A stretch of DNA of 63,303 nucleotides, counting the filler, from Dimorphilus gyrociliatus (lineage: Eukaryota > Animalia > Annelida): the NCBI GenBank assembly GCA_904063045.1. It is 3 parts of 3 records of this genome, joined end to end, with 100 filler letters (N's around TTAATTAATTAA, not from the genome) between each part and the next. Parts side by side here need not be neighbours in the genome. Positions count along the whole stretch, not along the records: positions 23,109 to 47,290 come from CAJFCJ010000168.1; 2 more parts are not named here. One strand, given 5' to 3'. The first letter of the stretch is position 1, and each line of letters opens with the position of its first letter. Positions 23,760 to 37,229 of the stretch are shown one piece after another. The notes below the pieces were generated by a model. It ran no database searches and was not told where the DNA came from. It saw nothing but the letters and a program-made list of their open reading frames with translations. A program made the position numbers and the translations under genes.

Positions 23760-25424
23760 CATAAACAAAAAAATACTCACTTTCTTCACAGTAGATGGAG
23801 CCAAAATTGTCCACTTGCATGTACAATTTTCAACTGTTGAAAATCTTTGGAAAATTGTCAAACTGTTTTGAAGGAATCTACACTTGGCCTAAAAACAATT
23901 GAAAATTATTGGAATAGTTATTTTCTGATTGAAAAAGACCAGTCAAAGGTTGTTACAACATGTTTTAGAAATATAGGCAAAAAGTTTCCGGACATCGTAA
24001 AATCATTCGAAGTGTATTTGAAAATTTTTTAAATGGCCGACAAACTAAATAAATAGGTGATAGAAGAAATCATATAGTTTGCAGAAAATTTCAATGGAAG
24101 ATATCTGTAAAAGTCTATCAAAATCTTTAAATACTTTGAAAGAAATCAAATTTATAAAATGTTCAATAAAGGAAGAAAATTGCAAAATTATAGGAAATTT
24201 CTTAAAGAATAGTTACAAAATAGAAACAATTAATCTTCAAGGGAATAGAGAGATGGGAAAGGAGTAGAAAATATTTGTGTAGGACTTTTACAATCATCAA
24301 AAAATTTGAAACATATCTATTGCAATTGTTGTCAGTTAAATGAAAAACAATGCGAATCTATAGGAAATCTTTTGAACAATTGTTGTAAACTTGAAACAAT
24401 AAGTCTAACTGAGAATTTTGTAATGGGAATAGGATTATCAAATATTTTTAGAGGACTATGTCAATCGTCGAAGACTTTAAAATATCTCAATTTTAAGTCG
24501 TGTTCGTTAGATGAGGAACAGTGTGAATTGCTTGGAGAATTACTGAAAAACTGCTCAAACATTGAAACATTACATCTTGAAGAAAATCATGGAATTGGTG
24601 ATGGAATCCATAATGTTTGTAAAGGACTTATTCAATCAACAAATAAATTAAGACATTTGTTTTTTGGATGGTGTTATTTAAATGAAAATCAGTGTAAATC
24701 TTTGGGAAATCTGTTGAAATTCACCAAAATTGAAACATTACACCTAGAAGGAATTATTCAGCTGAAAAATGGATTATCCAATATTAATAAAGTTCTATTT
24801 CAATCATCGTACAGTTTAAAACATCTCTATTTTGGTAATTGTATTTTAGATTTAGACTTATGCAAATCAATTGGAAATTTGTTGAAAAATTGTTTTAAAA
24901 TAGAAATACTCAATCTAAATGGTAATAAGCAAATGGGAAATGGATTGCAATATATTTGTGAAGGCCTTATTCTATCTTCAAATAATTTAAAGCATCTCCA
25001 TTTTAGATTATGCCATTTGGAAGAGAATCAATGTGAATCAATAGGAAATTTATTGAGAAAATGCTCTCAAATTGAAACAATTGACTTGGGAAAAAATGAA
25101 TATATGGGCAATGGATTGGAAAATATTTGTGAAAATCTTATAAGATCATCAAATACTTTAAAATATCTTTATATTGGATGGTGTAATCTAGATGAAAATC
25201 AATGTAGATCAATAGGAAAGCTGTTGCAAAGATGCTCTAGAATTGAAGAAGTAGATTTAAGGGCAAATCCATCTATGGGAGATGGGTATGCTGATATTTG
25301 TAATGGACTTTTTCCATCATCAAAGACATTAAGGAAATTATCTGATAGATGGTGTTTCTTGCATTCAGAACAGTTTAAATCAAGAGATAATTTATTGAGT
25401 AATTGTACAGTATTAGGTAAATAA
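23760..25424 (+). pseudogene. RNI-like LRR region (NLR-type C-terminal repeats), 5' part frameshifted
   Basis: Alternating ~28-aa repeats LKHLxFxxCxLxExQCxSIGNLL / IETLxLxxNxxMGxGL in ORF 24306-25424. Upstream pieces at 23847 and 24079. Confidence 0.7.
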
Positions 25425-26448
25425 AAATATTTACTAAAACTTAGTTCTATTTGACAACACTTTTGTAAAATACCTACAATTTATCTGGACTGACAACAAT
25501 GTTATTCAAAATAGAATTATAACCATTACCACGTGGTTATTGAATAATTATAACCATGTTCCATTTTGATTGATAACACTCTTTAGGAAGGAGGCTTGAC
25601 ACTTTCATTAGCAACTTCTACTCAATGCACTTCAAATATGCTAGTAATGCATGGATAATAATGCTTCATTCCATCTGTGTATAGGACACAGAGTTTGGAT
25701 AGAAGTAGGTCAGCATCCAGAATCAAAGATTATCAATGTATCAGAGAAAAAAATATGGTGATATAGAGAGGAAAATATTTGAAATTTTGGATATTTATAA
25801 GGGTTGGGGAACCTTAAATATGTTAGTTGTTAAAAGAACAGCAAATATCACAAGTAATAATGGTACCATAACTCATTGCTGTATTTATCTAAATATTCAT
25901 TTTCAAATTCTTCTAGCTTCCTTTCATAATCTTCAGCTTTCTTATCATAAGAGTTGATGCTGTTTTCTAGATTCCACAATTTATTCCATAAGTTTTTAGC
26001 CATTTTTTCTGTCAAGAGTTTGAATGCAAATTATGAGGCAAAACTTTTGTAGATTTTTTTATACCATCTGCAATTATATAATTGACATGTAAATAATTCT
26101 TTTGAAAACATTTGACAGCATCTTAAATTGGACATTAAATAGTAATATTTTCATTTTTTGCCACTCATCAAAACAAATACCAAGTGAATTTGATGATATT
26201 CACAAGTTTTCCTTTTAAAACCATGAATAGGAAACAGTTGGTAGAATGGAGGTTGTTCCATCAACAAACCATATTTTCACTTTGCTAACAATTCAAGCTG
26301 GTGCTTTGTACTGATAACTATATTTCTATGGTTTTTTCCTTTAATATCCTTTAGTAAAAATCCTTTTGGGATTTCATTCATGTTTAGTTCAAGAAATATA
26401 TCTGTTGTATGTTTTGGTCTATGGTTTTCCTTATATCTATTGGCTGTG

Positions 26449-29080
26449 GGGAGTGGGAAAACTCATCCCTGGGAAAAGTCGTCCCCTTTTTGGGAAAACT
26501 CATCCCCTTTTTTGGGAAAAGTCGTCCTCTTTTTTGGGAAAACTCATCCCCTTTTGGTAACAGCAAGTTTTATCATTTGTAAACGAAAGTATAAGAAATT
26601 TATATACTGTAAAATGAGAAACCTTTTATTGTAGTTACAGTAGTTAGCAAACTAAAACTCTGCTTTTGAGAAAACTGGTAGATATCAAACTCTGCATTAC
26701 CAGGTGTATTTCATGACAAAGAAAGTAGTCCCTTACTTCCTGTTTACATGATTTGAAAGTGTGAAGGTAAAATTTAATATTGTTATATTTGCTTAGCCTA
26801 TAGAGACACAATTATGTGAGTATAATTTTAATGTTAAAAAAATGTTTATTTCATATATAGATTGTTACATTTTTTTCCAGTGAAATCTTAAACTCAAAGA
26901 TGCTTCACTTTGTCCAAACAATAATGTAATATTCGATTTTATGGTAGACAAAAGAAGATAAAATGTGTTGAATTCAAAAAATTTCTCCACCAAGAGTGTC
27001 TCAAAGGTAGATGTCTTTTCATTAATATATAGATATATCTATTTATATTTAATAAGCTCTTTTTTAAAGATCCAACTCAGTAGATTTGCAATCTTTGTGA
27101 ACCATTCCCCAAATTGACATTGAAATGCATATATTGCAATCATATGTGTATAGGTAATTATTCAATTGATTTTAAGATATTTCATTTATTTATTTAATTG
27201 AAGCAGAAATGAGTGGAGGCTTGTGTTAATCTTGTAATATGATTACTAAGAAAACATGTCTTATTAGACTAAAGAGATTGGATGAAAATGTCATTTTTGA
27301 TGCCACAAATAATGATAATATTTCTGAAAATCAACAAGTGGAAGCTGATCTGACTATTGTAAATAGTATGGATTGTAATAATTTTATAGAGGATTCTTTT
27401 GAAGTGAATGAGGAAGAAAAAGCAGATCAAAATGAAAAATTCACACTTCTTCATGGACAAAGCCAGAGAGGTAAAGACATTCTATCACATGATGGATTAG
27501 CTTTTAATATAAAGAAAAGAAGTGAGAATATGATAATTTGGAGATGCACTGTCAGAAATAAAAAAAAACATTTGTCCTGCAACAATCAAACAAAGAGGAA
27601 ATATATTTGTCTCAAGTCATATAAATCATAACCATGAAAAAAGGAAGAGTCTAATATCAAGTATAAAGGCAAGGAGAGAACTAAGAAGTATTTGTAATAA
27701 TGATGTCAGGTCATCAGGCAGAAAAATTGCTGAAGATATTTTATTAAAATGTTCAGCTGAGGAGAATAGTTTGCCAAATATGGAAAATTTGTGAAGATAA
27801 GCTAATATAACCAGACAGAAGAAAAGACCTATAACATCAAATGATCCATTTTTTGAGATAAATATTGATTTTCTTCCTGATGATTTCCTGCAAAGAGATG
27901 TTTCATTTGGAAATCAGAGAATAATCATATTTGCTTCCAAGCAACAGTGTGACCTTTTATCCAAAAGCAAAGTTTGGTATCTGGATGGTACATTTAAGGT
28001 TGTCAGAGAACCATTTGTTCAACCATCCATTCTTTTATCAAAAAAGATGAAGAAACAAAGCAGATTCCTTTGGCATTTTTTTTCATGACATCAAAGAAGA
28101 AGAAAGCATATAAACAAGTATTAAGGGTAAGTTGATAAACATTTTGTCTAACCTCTAAATTTCATCATATTCTCTAGGAAATTCAAACAATTACAAATTA
28201 TTCCAAACCAAAAAAGTTATTTGCTGATTATAAGTTAGGATTATGGACTGCTTTATCATCTGTTTATCCTAATGTACCAATTCAAGGATGTGTTTTCCAT
28301 TGGACACAAGCAGTTTTCAGAAAAATCCAAGTAATATATTATATTACATAGTTTTATTATATAACCATTTCATGTTTTTAGAATTTGGGATATGCAACTG
28401 AATATAAAACCAGGCTGACCTGTAAAAATATGATGAGAAATTTATTAGCTCTTCCTTTTCTTCCTTCTAAAGTAATACCCCATATTTTTTCATCTTTCAA
28501 AGAAGAAGGTTTTGAGAAAAATGTATATAAAGATTTGTATGAATATATAGAAAATACCTGAATTAGAAATTCTATTTGGACACCAGAAAGCTGGTCTGTT
28601 TTTGGAATGAGTATTCGCACAAATAATGATGTTGAAGCATGGCATAGGAGACTTAATGAAAAAACTTTGCCTAATTCTTGCTTCTACTTATTAGTAGATT
28701 GCTTGAAACATGAAGCTTCTTTGATTCCAGTTTTTCAAAAACTTCTAACTGAAAAGAAATTAAGAAAATATCAAAGGCAAATGACGAAAAACAAAACAAA
28801 AGAAAATTTTTGACATATGGGATGAATATAAATTTGGTCAAATAACAGCATTTGATCTATTGGAAAAAACAGCAAACATTTATTCTGATTAACATCTTTA
28901 ATTTGTGATTTTCATATATTCAACATTTTTATGTTGTGTTTAGATTGTTAACTCTGATAAATTTCTTATTTTTCATTAAATATATTATATACACTTTTCC
29001 TATTATTTCTTTTAAAAATGATAAAACTTGCTTTTACAAAAAGGGGACAGCTTTTCCCAGGGACGAGTTTTCCCTGACCC
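26449..29080 (+). mobile_element. MULE (Mutator-like) element, 2632 bp
   Basis: GGG-starting TIRs built of GGGAAAA(C/G)TC(A/G)TCCC units. 9-bp TSD TTGGCTGTG (26440-26448, 29081-29089). Confidence 0.92.
27239..28892 (+). pseudogene. FLYWCH-MULE transposase with spliceosomal introns; decayed
   Basis: SQRGKD..WRCTVRNK; WYLDGTF; GCVFHWTQAVFRKIQ; RTNNDVEAWHRRLN. Two 51-bp GT-AG introns (28127-28177, 28331-28381). Confidence 0.8.
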
Positions 29081-30522
29081 TTGGCTGTGCATTTCATAGA
29101 TTCTAATTGAGGTAAGTCTTTAACATGGTTTCTAAACTTTATTGAAACATCTTCAGCCAATCTCTTTCCAGACTTATCATGAGTTTCCAAAGTGAGTTTC
29201 TTTAAATTGAGTCTTGCTGTAATAGCCTGTTCCAGGTTCATTCCTTCATTGGAGTGGGTGTGAAAATTTTTTATGTAATAAAATATAATTTCCTTTTATG
29301 CTTCCTTTTTCTATAATTTGAAAATTATAATCATATATATCACTGAAACTCAATTTTTTACATTGAAGCAATCAAAGTAAAAGCTTTCATCTATTTTACA
29401 AATCAGAGGTTTTAAAAGACACTCAACAGAATTGCTGAACACTTTCTATAATAAAAGTGTCTACACAGTTTACATTTAGTTTTTGGTTGGTTCTAGTAAA
29501 ACTTTTTCATGCAAAGCCAACAAGTTTTTAAATTCATATTTGATGCCTTTAAACACTTATTTAATTAATATTATCAACCCACCAGTTAAATGTCAAATAT
29601 TGCTACAAGAATTTTCCATAAACAAGAAAAGGGAAAAAATTCTCTTAAGAAAACTGGTAAAGTGATTAAAAAAGAAGATTGGTCAACTAACCAATCAAAA
29701 AAATGTCCATAATAAAGGGATGTAATGTCAAGGCAAAGGAGACGAAATGTCCCTAAATCATTTTATATTTGTAGGAATTTCTGATAGATTGAATTGATTG
29801 AAATTGGCCAGAGCTCTTATTGAAAATGCCCAAAAACCAAATTAACAGAGGAAGAATTTCATCTGTCAGAAGAGTTTTGCAGGCAGTCTATTCAAATAGT
29901 GAAAAGCTGCCTGAAAAAGAAATTTGTTTAAAATAATTATATTTATGGAGGAAGAGGGGCAAGGAGTGACAAAGTAACTGTCCTTTAATATTTATCTCTC
30001 TCAATCCATCTATCTCTCTCAGTCACCGTCTCTCCTTCTTGTCTCTTACTCAATTGGTCCCTATTTCTTAGTATCAATCCTGCTGATTTTTATAAAATTC
30101 TTTACCTATTGTTTATTTTCTCAAATTTCCAGATAAGGGGTGTTCTTCCATATTTGTAACATCTACTCAAAATTTATCTATATACCAAACATTAATATCA
30201 TTACTCTTATTTAGATTTAAAAAAAACTCCATATTTTTCATACTGTTGTTTATTGAGGCTTCTTCTAGTGGAGTGGCTTTTGTTGAAGGTATATTAATAA
30301 AATGGGCAAATTAGTCTGTCAACTGGTTTTAATTGAATATCTTCCAGGCTCTTTACAAACCACAATGAAAAATATTATTTTACCAAAAGGGAAAATTTGT
30401 TAAGGTTGACTAACTTTTAATTTAAGAAAATATATATATATATAGGTATGAAAGAGGGGGAAATAGCCTTTGAACATCATTTCTACTTTTGAGTTTTCTC
30501 TAATTCTCTATTCAGATACAGA

Positions 30523-30832
30523 ATGAAACACCTTCTGATTGCTTGTCTTGTTGTCATCTTGGCTCATCAATCAATATCCACTTCTCTCCAGGGAAAATTA
30601 TTAGAGCTTTTTGAAGAGAGAGAAAATGCATTGATGGCAAGGGAACTCTTTGAAGAGCAATTGCAAAAGGTAGCAATCTTTTTTTTAAAAAAGCAAATTG
30701 TAGATATTATCTTATCCTTTTTAGCAAGTGTTGTTTACTTACTTCAGCTGTCAAGATTGTTCTATACAAAAAAGTACTGCTTGTTTAAAAATTAACAGCA
30801 AATGTGCTAAATCTTTTGATATCCATTGGTAA
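30523..30832 (+). CDS. Two-exon 84-aa secreted peptide precursor with a 4-Cys C-terminal domain
   Basis: Exons 30523-30669 and 30725-30832, 55-bp phase-0 GT-AG intron. MKHLLIACLVVILAHQSISTS...EEQLQK|QVLFTYFSCQDCSIQKSTACLKINSKCAKSFDIHW*. Confidence 0.7.
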
Positions 30833-31268
30833 TCACATAAAGGAATTTGTGGGAGGGCAATACTGGCAAGAACTATGTATGATCATATTTATTGAGTAGA
30901 AATATTAACTGTGTTGTTTTCTCTATGCACTGTAATTTTATCAATTTGAGTTAACCTTTCTGGTTTAACAATGGAATTCTATATTGATAATTCACAACAA
31001 GAATTGAAATATGATATTTGAAAAATTAAAAAATGATTTTTGTACAGTTATGAACTATAATTTATAGATATTTTATAAATGATACTTACTATATGGTAGA
31101 AGTATTGAAGTAGATGTTGCCTCTAGGGTAGATGGTACCGAATCAACAACTTTTATAGGCAAAGAATAAGATATTACATAACCGAACATGTTGACAACAA
31201 CAACAATTGTTTATTTACATGAATATAATGTAACAATTGACCCTTAAGGGTTAACCTACACAAAGTTG

Positions 31269-31438
31269 TTGTTGTTTACATCACTATTGCATAACTTGAT
31301 AACCCTTGACCCTATTTGTTGTGAACAACCCTTATCTGGGATTAAACCCTTGTTGTTTACATCACTATTGCATAATATGATAACCCTTGACCCTGTTTGT
31401 TGTGATCAATCCTTATCTGTAGTTAAACCCTTGTTGTT
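31269..31438. repeat. 81-bp tandem duplication (2 copies plus a partial third)
   Basis: Unit TTGTTGTTTACATCACTATTGCATAA... starts at 31269 and 31350; a third start at 31431. Confidence 0.85.
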
Positions 31439-31920
31439 GACAGCTAAGGCATAAACAACTGATAATGAATTGTATAAAAGCAGGTCGTAGGTAATAACAG
31501 GCATTCAGTCCTGAATCAACTCCCTGAGTGAACAGGTCTAGTATTACTTTAGAATACAGTTATATTATTCTAACATTTTGGTTCTATATTCATCCTCCTT
31601 CAATTCTACATCTCTCTTCTAAGTGGCTAACTCCTGGTTTGGTTCTATTTGGACCAGTACTTACCTACAACTCCAGCAGGAGAGTACAATTTTAATACTC
31701 AAATATCTGAAACTTTCCATAGAAATTAATCAACTAAATATGAGCAATTTGTCCATTGAATATGTATTGTGTAAAATGAGGTTCTAGTTCTAAACAAGGT
31801 ATCAGCTCTGCTCAATACTAGTTTAATACTACTTTTCAATACACTAGAAGGTTGATAGAAAACTCGGCCAAATTATCATTCAATTAGCTGCCATAAGAGA
31901 CAAGAATTATATCTCTCCGT

Positions 31921-32152
31921 CTTTGTGACATCCTGTTGCTAAACATAAACATCAACTAGAGAGCATTCACCAGCTGCAAATTGATGATTGGATATCATCA
32001 ACTAACCAAAGAGTATATAAACTCATAATTCCACTATGATAGAATTGTGAACTTCTCAGTTTAAGAAGTAGATATAGAGATGGAGATGGAATATTGGAAT
32101 GAAACAACAACTGTTTATATACTCTTATGTTTAGCAACAGGATGTCACAAAG
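31921..32152. repeat. Inverted pair of LTR-like fragments with a 28-bp perfect inverted repeat
   Basis: CTTTGTGACATCCTGTTGCTAAACATAA / TTATGTTTAGCAACAGGATGTCACAAAG. First ~110 bp resemble minus strand 42797-42690. Confidence 0.65.
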
Positions 32153-33849
32153 TCCACTAGACATAATACTTGTCTTATGAAAGCTAATTAAATTATAACT
32201 TGGTTAAAAGTTAATATGTTTTCAGTTTTCAAAAATATTAGTCTGGAAATAAGAAAAAGAGGAATGGCATCAGCAATTCTGTTTTAATAACTAATGACAC
32301 TGACAATGTTAGACATACAGCTCTGATAGCAAGGGATCATGATTTACTAATTTTTATTCTTTTTTCACATACACAGATAAGTAGAAAAGAGCCATGATGA
32401 AAATAAATATTGATGTGTTGACATACTTGAATCAATTCCTAATTCGTTAGCAAAGTTTATATGCTTGTTATACCTTGTTAAAGTGTCTTGTATATAGTCA
32501 AGAACTTGTTGGAACTGTTAGTGTTTTTTGCCAACATCATCTTTTATACCTAGTTGTAGTAGCTCAGTGTGCACTTTCAATGTCCAATATTTGAAATTGT
32601 GGTTTGTTTTTCATGATATTTGTCCACACTCTCCATTTAGCAATGTTTGGGCTGCATTGTAATAGTGTAAACTTTCCATTTGCTTTCATTGTTTGAAATT
32701 TTTCCTGTTGGACTTTCATACCAAATATTTAATTTTTGTAATGGGCTGAAAGTGATTTCTTTGTGTTTCAATCTGATATCTTGCAGTCTGATTCTTGCAG
32801 TAGATTTCAATTTGGAATTTTTCAGCTTTGTCAGAATGTAATTGTTATTTATATCTCAAATATCAGGTGAAATAATGTCTTCCAAAATAAGTGTTTTTAC
32901 TAATGGTGTTGATTGGGTTTTTAGCAACATGTGATAGATTCAATTCTTTTCTTTCAGTTTCCTTGTTTTGTCAATGGCTTACCTTTGCCACAAAACTTTT
33001 CAAACCATATTCAAATTTTCGGCAGAAGATAGGCTTAGCTTGTCTGCCATTGTCTATTCAGTAGATGGTTTTCCGGCAGTGTAGAAGAGATTTTTTTTGA
33101 AAATTGTTCTGCTTCATTGTATTGAAAATTTGTAAATAAAAATTATTGTAATGTAACAATTGTTAGTTGAATAATTCATTTCTTTCAATCTAAGAACAAC
33201 CCTAGCAGAGACTTTATATTGGGACTGTATGTAATATAAACGCAGACTGCCTTTTCCAATAACTTTGATCCAGATATTGAACAGACTTCAAAATCCTCTC
33301 ATAAATGGAAAATCTGACTTTAAATTTTCTGATAAAAGAATAAAGTTTGGTTGCTGTGCTGCTCAATTACTAAGAATGTATGGGGGAGAGAGATTAGTGT
33401 GTGTCATTATTAGCTTCAAATTATTGTCAGCGAGCTTGACTGAATGCCAACCATATCAACACTGAAAGACAAGCAAGGTGAATAACAGTAGATACTGTTA
33501 AAGCATATCACACAGAAGAAGAAATTGATAAAAGTAATTCTATAGTCCTATATAGTGTTTTGTGGAATGACAATAAGATGGAAGTTGACATGAAGAAGAG
33601 TGTACAACTAAAATCATCTAAAAATAATTCCTTGTTCAAGTTTAAGGTAAAAAGCTGTACATTTAGAAATAATGATAAAGTGATATTTAGACTTTAGATA
33701 TCAATTTAATCAAGTCATTAGAATGAAAGTTTGACTATAATAGATGGTGGAGCCACTGTGGAAAAAGTACTTTTTTTTACACTTTTAAATTATGTTTCTC
33801 CACTTCCTTCCTTTAAGCACCTTTCTCAGAGTTTGCCAATACCAACTAG

Positions 33850-34330
33850 GCACTGTCTTTGACTCCAAACACATATCTAGTCATCTTGTAATCCACCAAG
33901 TTCCTATGGGTTTTTTGACATTCTGGGCACAAATGCAGTAGCCAAAAGTTTTGTTTGTCCAAACCCTCCAGATTTCCCTGGTTGAACATGGCCTTAGTGT
34001 TGTCAATATTGTAGTACTGTCTGCTCCTCCAGTTTGCCCTTGTTGAAGGTATGTACCTACCAACCTTCTTCCTGTTGACATTATATCATTCACACTCCTC
34101 CCTCAATATCTTGCTGTGTTTTTGATTTGTTTGGGTCCAGCATGCCATAGTGTGGTATGAACCACTTTATTGTCTCAATTTTCTTATTCTCCTTTGAGTA
34201 GCCCTGATTGATGTACTCCTCTTTCACTCTCCTTTGAATTTTAAATATCCTTATTATATCCTTTTTATGTCCATATGGTAATGGATCATCAAAAGAATAA
34301 TGACAAAGAAATTTTAGTGGTAGAAACAGA
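33850..34330 (-). mobile_element. Bel/Pao retrotransposon pol remnant
   Basis: EEYINQGYSKE...KWFIPHYGMLDPNK resembles the Pao EYLxLGH...WYLPHHxV motif. Confidence 0.45.
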
Positions 34331-35383
34331 AGAGAAACAAAACAGAGAGGAAACAACAATGATAGTTTGAAAGATGGAATGTCTTACAAAACATTATGAT
34401 ATTTACATTTTGGTATGCATAATCCAATATTTCTAACTAGGTCAATAAAATTTGAAAGTGTTTTGACATTTTCTTTAGGTGTAGGCTATTGTAAGTATTA
34501 TAATCTGTTTTCCAGTTAGAATCTTTTCTCTAGCCAAGTATTGACCTAGTTTTGGGTAAGGCAAAACTAAAAAAATATATTTTAATATAAGTATATGTAT
34601 TATTTTTGTAAAGGACACAAAAAAGACTATCTATTGAGTAGTTTTGAGTTTCTAAAAAATTTTTAATATTCTAATAGATTTTATTCTTTGTCACGATTTT
34701 ATTGAGTTGTTAGTACACTTTACCAACACTTTAAAAAACATATTGATGAAGAACAGGCTGTACAATTGAAAGGAATACAGGAAGAAATAATACAATAAGA
34801 CAATATTCAACAGCATTCACTCCATTTTTGTTATAAGATATGACACTATTAAAATTGAATTGCTCTGAATTCAATTTTAAATTCAATATTTTTAAATTTA
34901 TTTATATCATTTTCTGTATTTCCTTCTAGAAGAAACTCCATTGATGTTTTATTTAAGTAATTACTCAAAATCCTGGTATGTCTGATACGAAGCAAATTTT
35001 TAACTTCATTAACTCTGAAAAAAAAACAGATAGATGAAATCTTTTAAACTGTTTAATGTTTACACCAACTTGCAGTCTCCATTAAATATTCCATTAAAGA
35101 ATAAAAAGAGCTTATCCTGAAATTTCAACTGGAAATTTAATCTCTTGTTTCTGTCCATTGAATTGGTCAATGCAGCTAAGTAGAATCTGTATTGTTATTA
35201 TTCCATTTACCTTTTCAGGAATTTCAACAGAAAATGTCTTAATCTAGGATATGTCATAAGCATTTTTCTTCAATTTCTTGTAAACTGAAGAGACAAGTTT
35301 TCCCAAAAAGGGGAAACTAAAGTGATTGTTCTAATTTTTCATGGAGAAAGTTTTGCATTTCTCATGATTTTCATCCAAACATG

Positions 35384-36788
35384 AACAATAAGAAGAACAT
35401 TATTAAATATAAAAATGTCCTCATTTTGCTTTTAATATTCTCTTGCTCTCTTTTAACTTTAATAGTTATCTCATCCACCAACTCTTTACATTCAGTTTCC
35501 ATTTCCATTTCTTTATCTAATTCTTCTGATGTAATTTCAGTCTCTTCTTGAGATGAATTTATACTGGTTCCTGAATCATTATCATTATAGGTTTTACTGC
35601 AAACATCTTCAGTTGAGTTTTGATAATTTTGAAAATGTTTTCACAAGATTCCAACAGTTATTTTCTCCATATTTGCTTGTTTTCCAGGTTAAACTTTACA
35701 AGAAATTTACCAACAAAACACCAGTATTTCGTTCAAAGAGTATTTATTGAGTAAATGAGTTTCTAGTTCTCAACAAGCAAGTTTTAACACCAAGTTAGCT
35801 GTTAGAATGACAACTTTCAAATAGTTAAAGGTGGAAGTCAAATGAGAAAAGATATTCTGATAAATTTTTTAAATGTTTTTTTTCACTTTTTCCATTCTTT
35901 TATCTTTCAAAGTTATGTCTTAATCTATTATCATTTTCTTAGTATTATATATACTTTTCTTTAGTATTAATAAAATTAAAAAAACCTAATATTTCTATGG
36001 GTATGGTTTCACCCAGTATGGGTATGGTTTCACCTGGTAACAGTTTCACCCCTATTCATAAATTCATAGGCTCTATATACTTTTCCAAAAGTTGACAGTT
36101 CATAGATAAAAATATCTACGCAAAACAAATGTATCATTATGGATAAAAGGAAAGTTCAAATATGGTTCCATATTTGTTAACTTTGCTTTGTTAAGGAAAA
36201 CTGTTGTCAATAGGTCAGAAAATTGCATAAGATGTAACAATTTTTGGTAAATGTTGGATTGGTTCCAACACACAAAAATAGACAGAGGTCATCATAATGC
36301 TGTTTTTAAATACCACAAATTATTAATAATAATTGTTTGTCAAAAGTAAAATATTTGAGTATAAGCCATTGGCAGAGTAAGGTTAATTTCACTTGGCCAT
36401 CTACAATAGTATTGTGCTTACAATACTTGTTGAAGTGACAATGAACTACTTCAAATATATATGAAATAGTGTAAGATACAATTAATGATCATTAAATATG
36501 ATGTGCAAATTAATAAAAACTAGAATTTAAGTTTAGTTGTAAGTATATTCTACAACTACCTTTAACTAGTATAAAAAAAGGGTGTGTTGTACACTAGGCA
36601 GGCAGAGTATTGTTAAATACTATTTTGATATTTCTATGCCTACAAGTGCACCCATTTTAATATTTAAAAGGTAAAGTAAGGAGAAATAGGTGGGGGTTAG
36701 TTGCAATATTAATATGTTGACTATGGCAGAATGTAGGCAAGTTTAGAACCAATGAGGGACATATCAACTTTATACTATTTTTTTGTTC
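35384..36788 (+). repeat. Left arm of a 1405-bp inverted repeat
   Basis: Reverse complement of 38126-39530. About 6 substitutions seen by eye; equal arm length. Confidence 0.95.
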
Positions 36789-36802
36789 ATATAATACCTA
36801 TT

Positions 36803-36864
36803 GGGGACTGGTTGAAAACGGCCATAAATGAAATATTTGAAGGTCAGATTTCAGGCTGGGAAAT
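36803..36864 (+). repeat. 5' fragment of the MITE-like family also found at ~49982
   Basis: GGGACTGGTTGAAAACGGCCATAAATGAAATATTTGAAGGTCAGATTTCAGGCTGGGAAAT matches 49982-50042. Confidence 0.8.
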
Positions 36865-37229
36865 TTTTAGTTATACTGACCCTAGAGCTAAGAAGCTTTT
36901 GGTGTGAGTGCAATTGTTAGTCAGTATTTGATTGGAAAAGCTTATTCTTAAGACTTAATCTTCAAACATCGAAACTAATGCCTACCAGAGGTTTTGTCCA
37001 TCTTACAAAAGAAAATATAATGGACAAGCTTAAAGGAGAATATAGGCCTACATTGTGCTGTAAAATTTAAGATAATCCTATTTAAAATGATTTCTTGAAA
37101 TTAGAAAATATTTATTTAAAAGATATTAAAGAAATAGTTTAGTTTTAAAATGTTACTGTAACCACACAAAATGTTACACAGATTTCACAGACAAAACTTT
37201 ACTTATTTACTACTTGAAACTGGTCAGAT

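Larger units (their letters stand above)
25750..29330 (-). pseudogene. Older FLYWCH-MULE transposase split by a younger MULE
   Basis: HTHSNEGMNLEQ...LPQLESMKCTA|NRYKENHRPKH...IPKGFLLKDI...QLELLAK(V)KIWFVDGT reads in frame across the removed insert. Confidence 0.7.

Noticed and set aside
26449-26556. CRISPR-like array or the small overlapping ORFs at 26366-26634
   Set aside because: Units are contiguous without unique spacers and form a MULE TIR; no cas genes; eukaryotic context.
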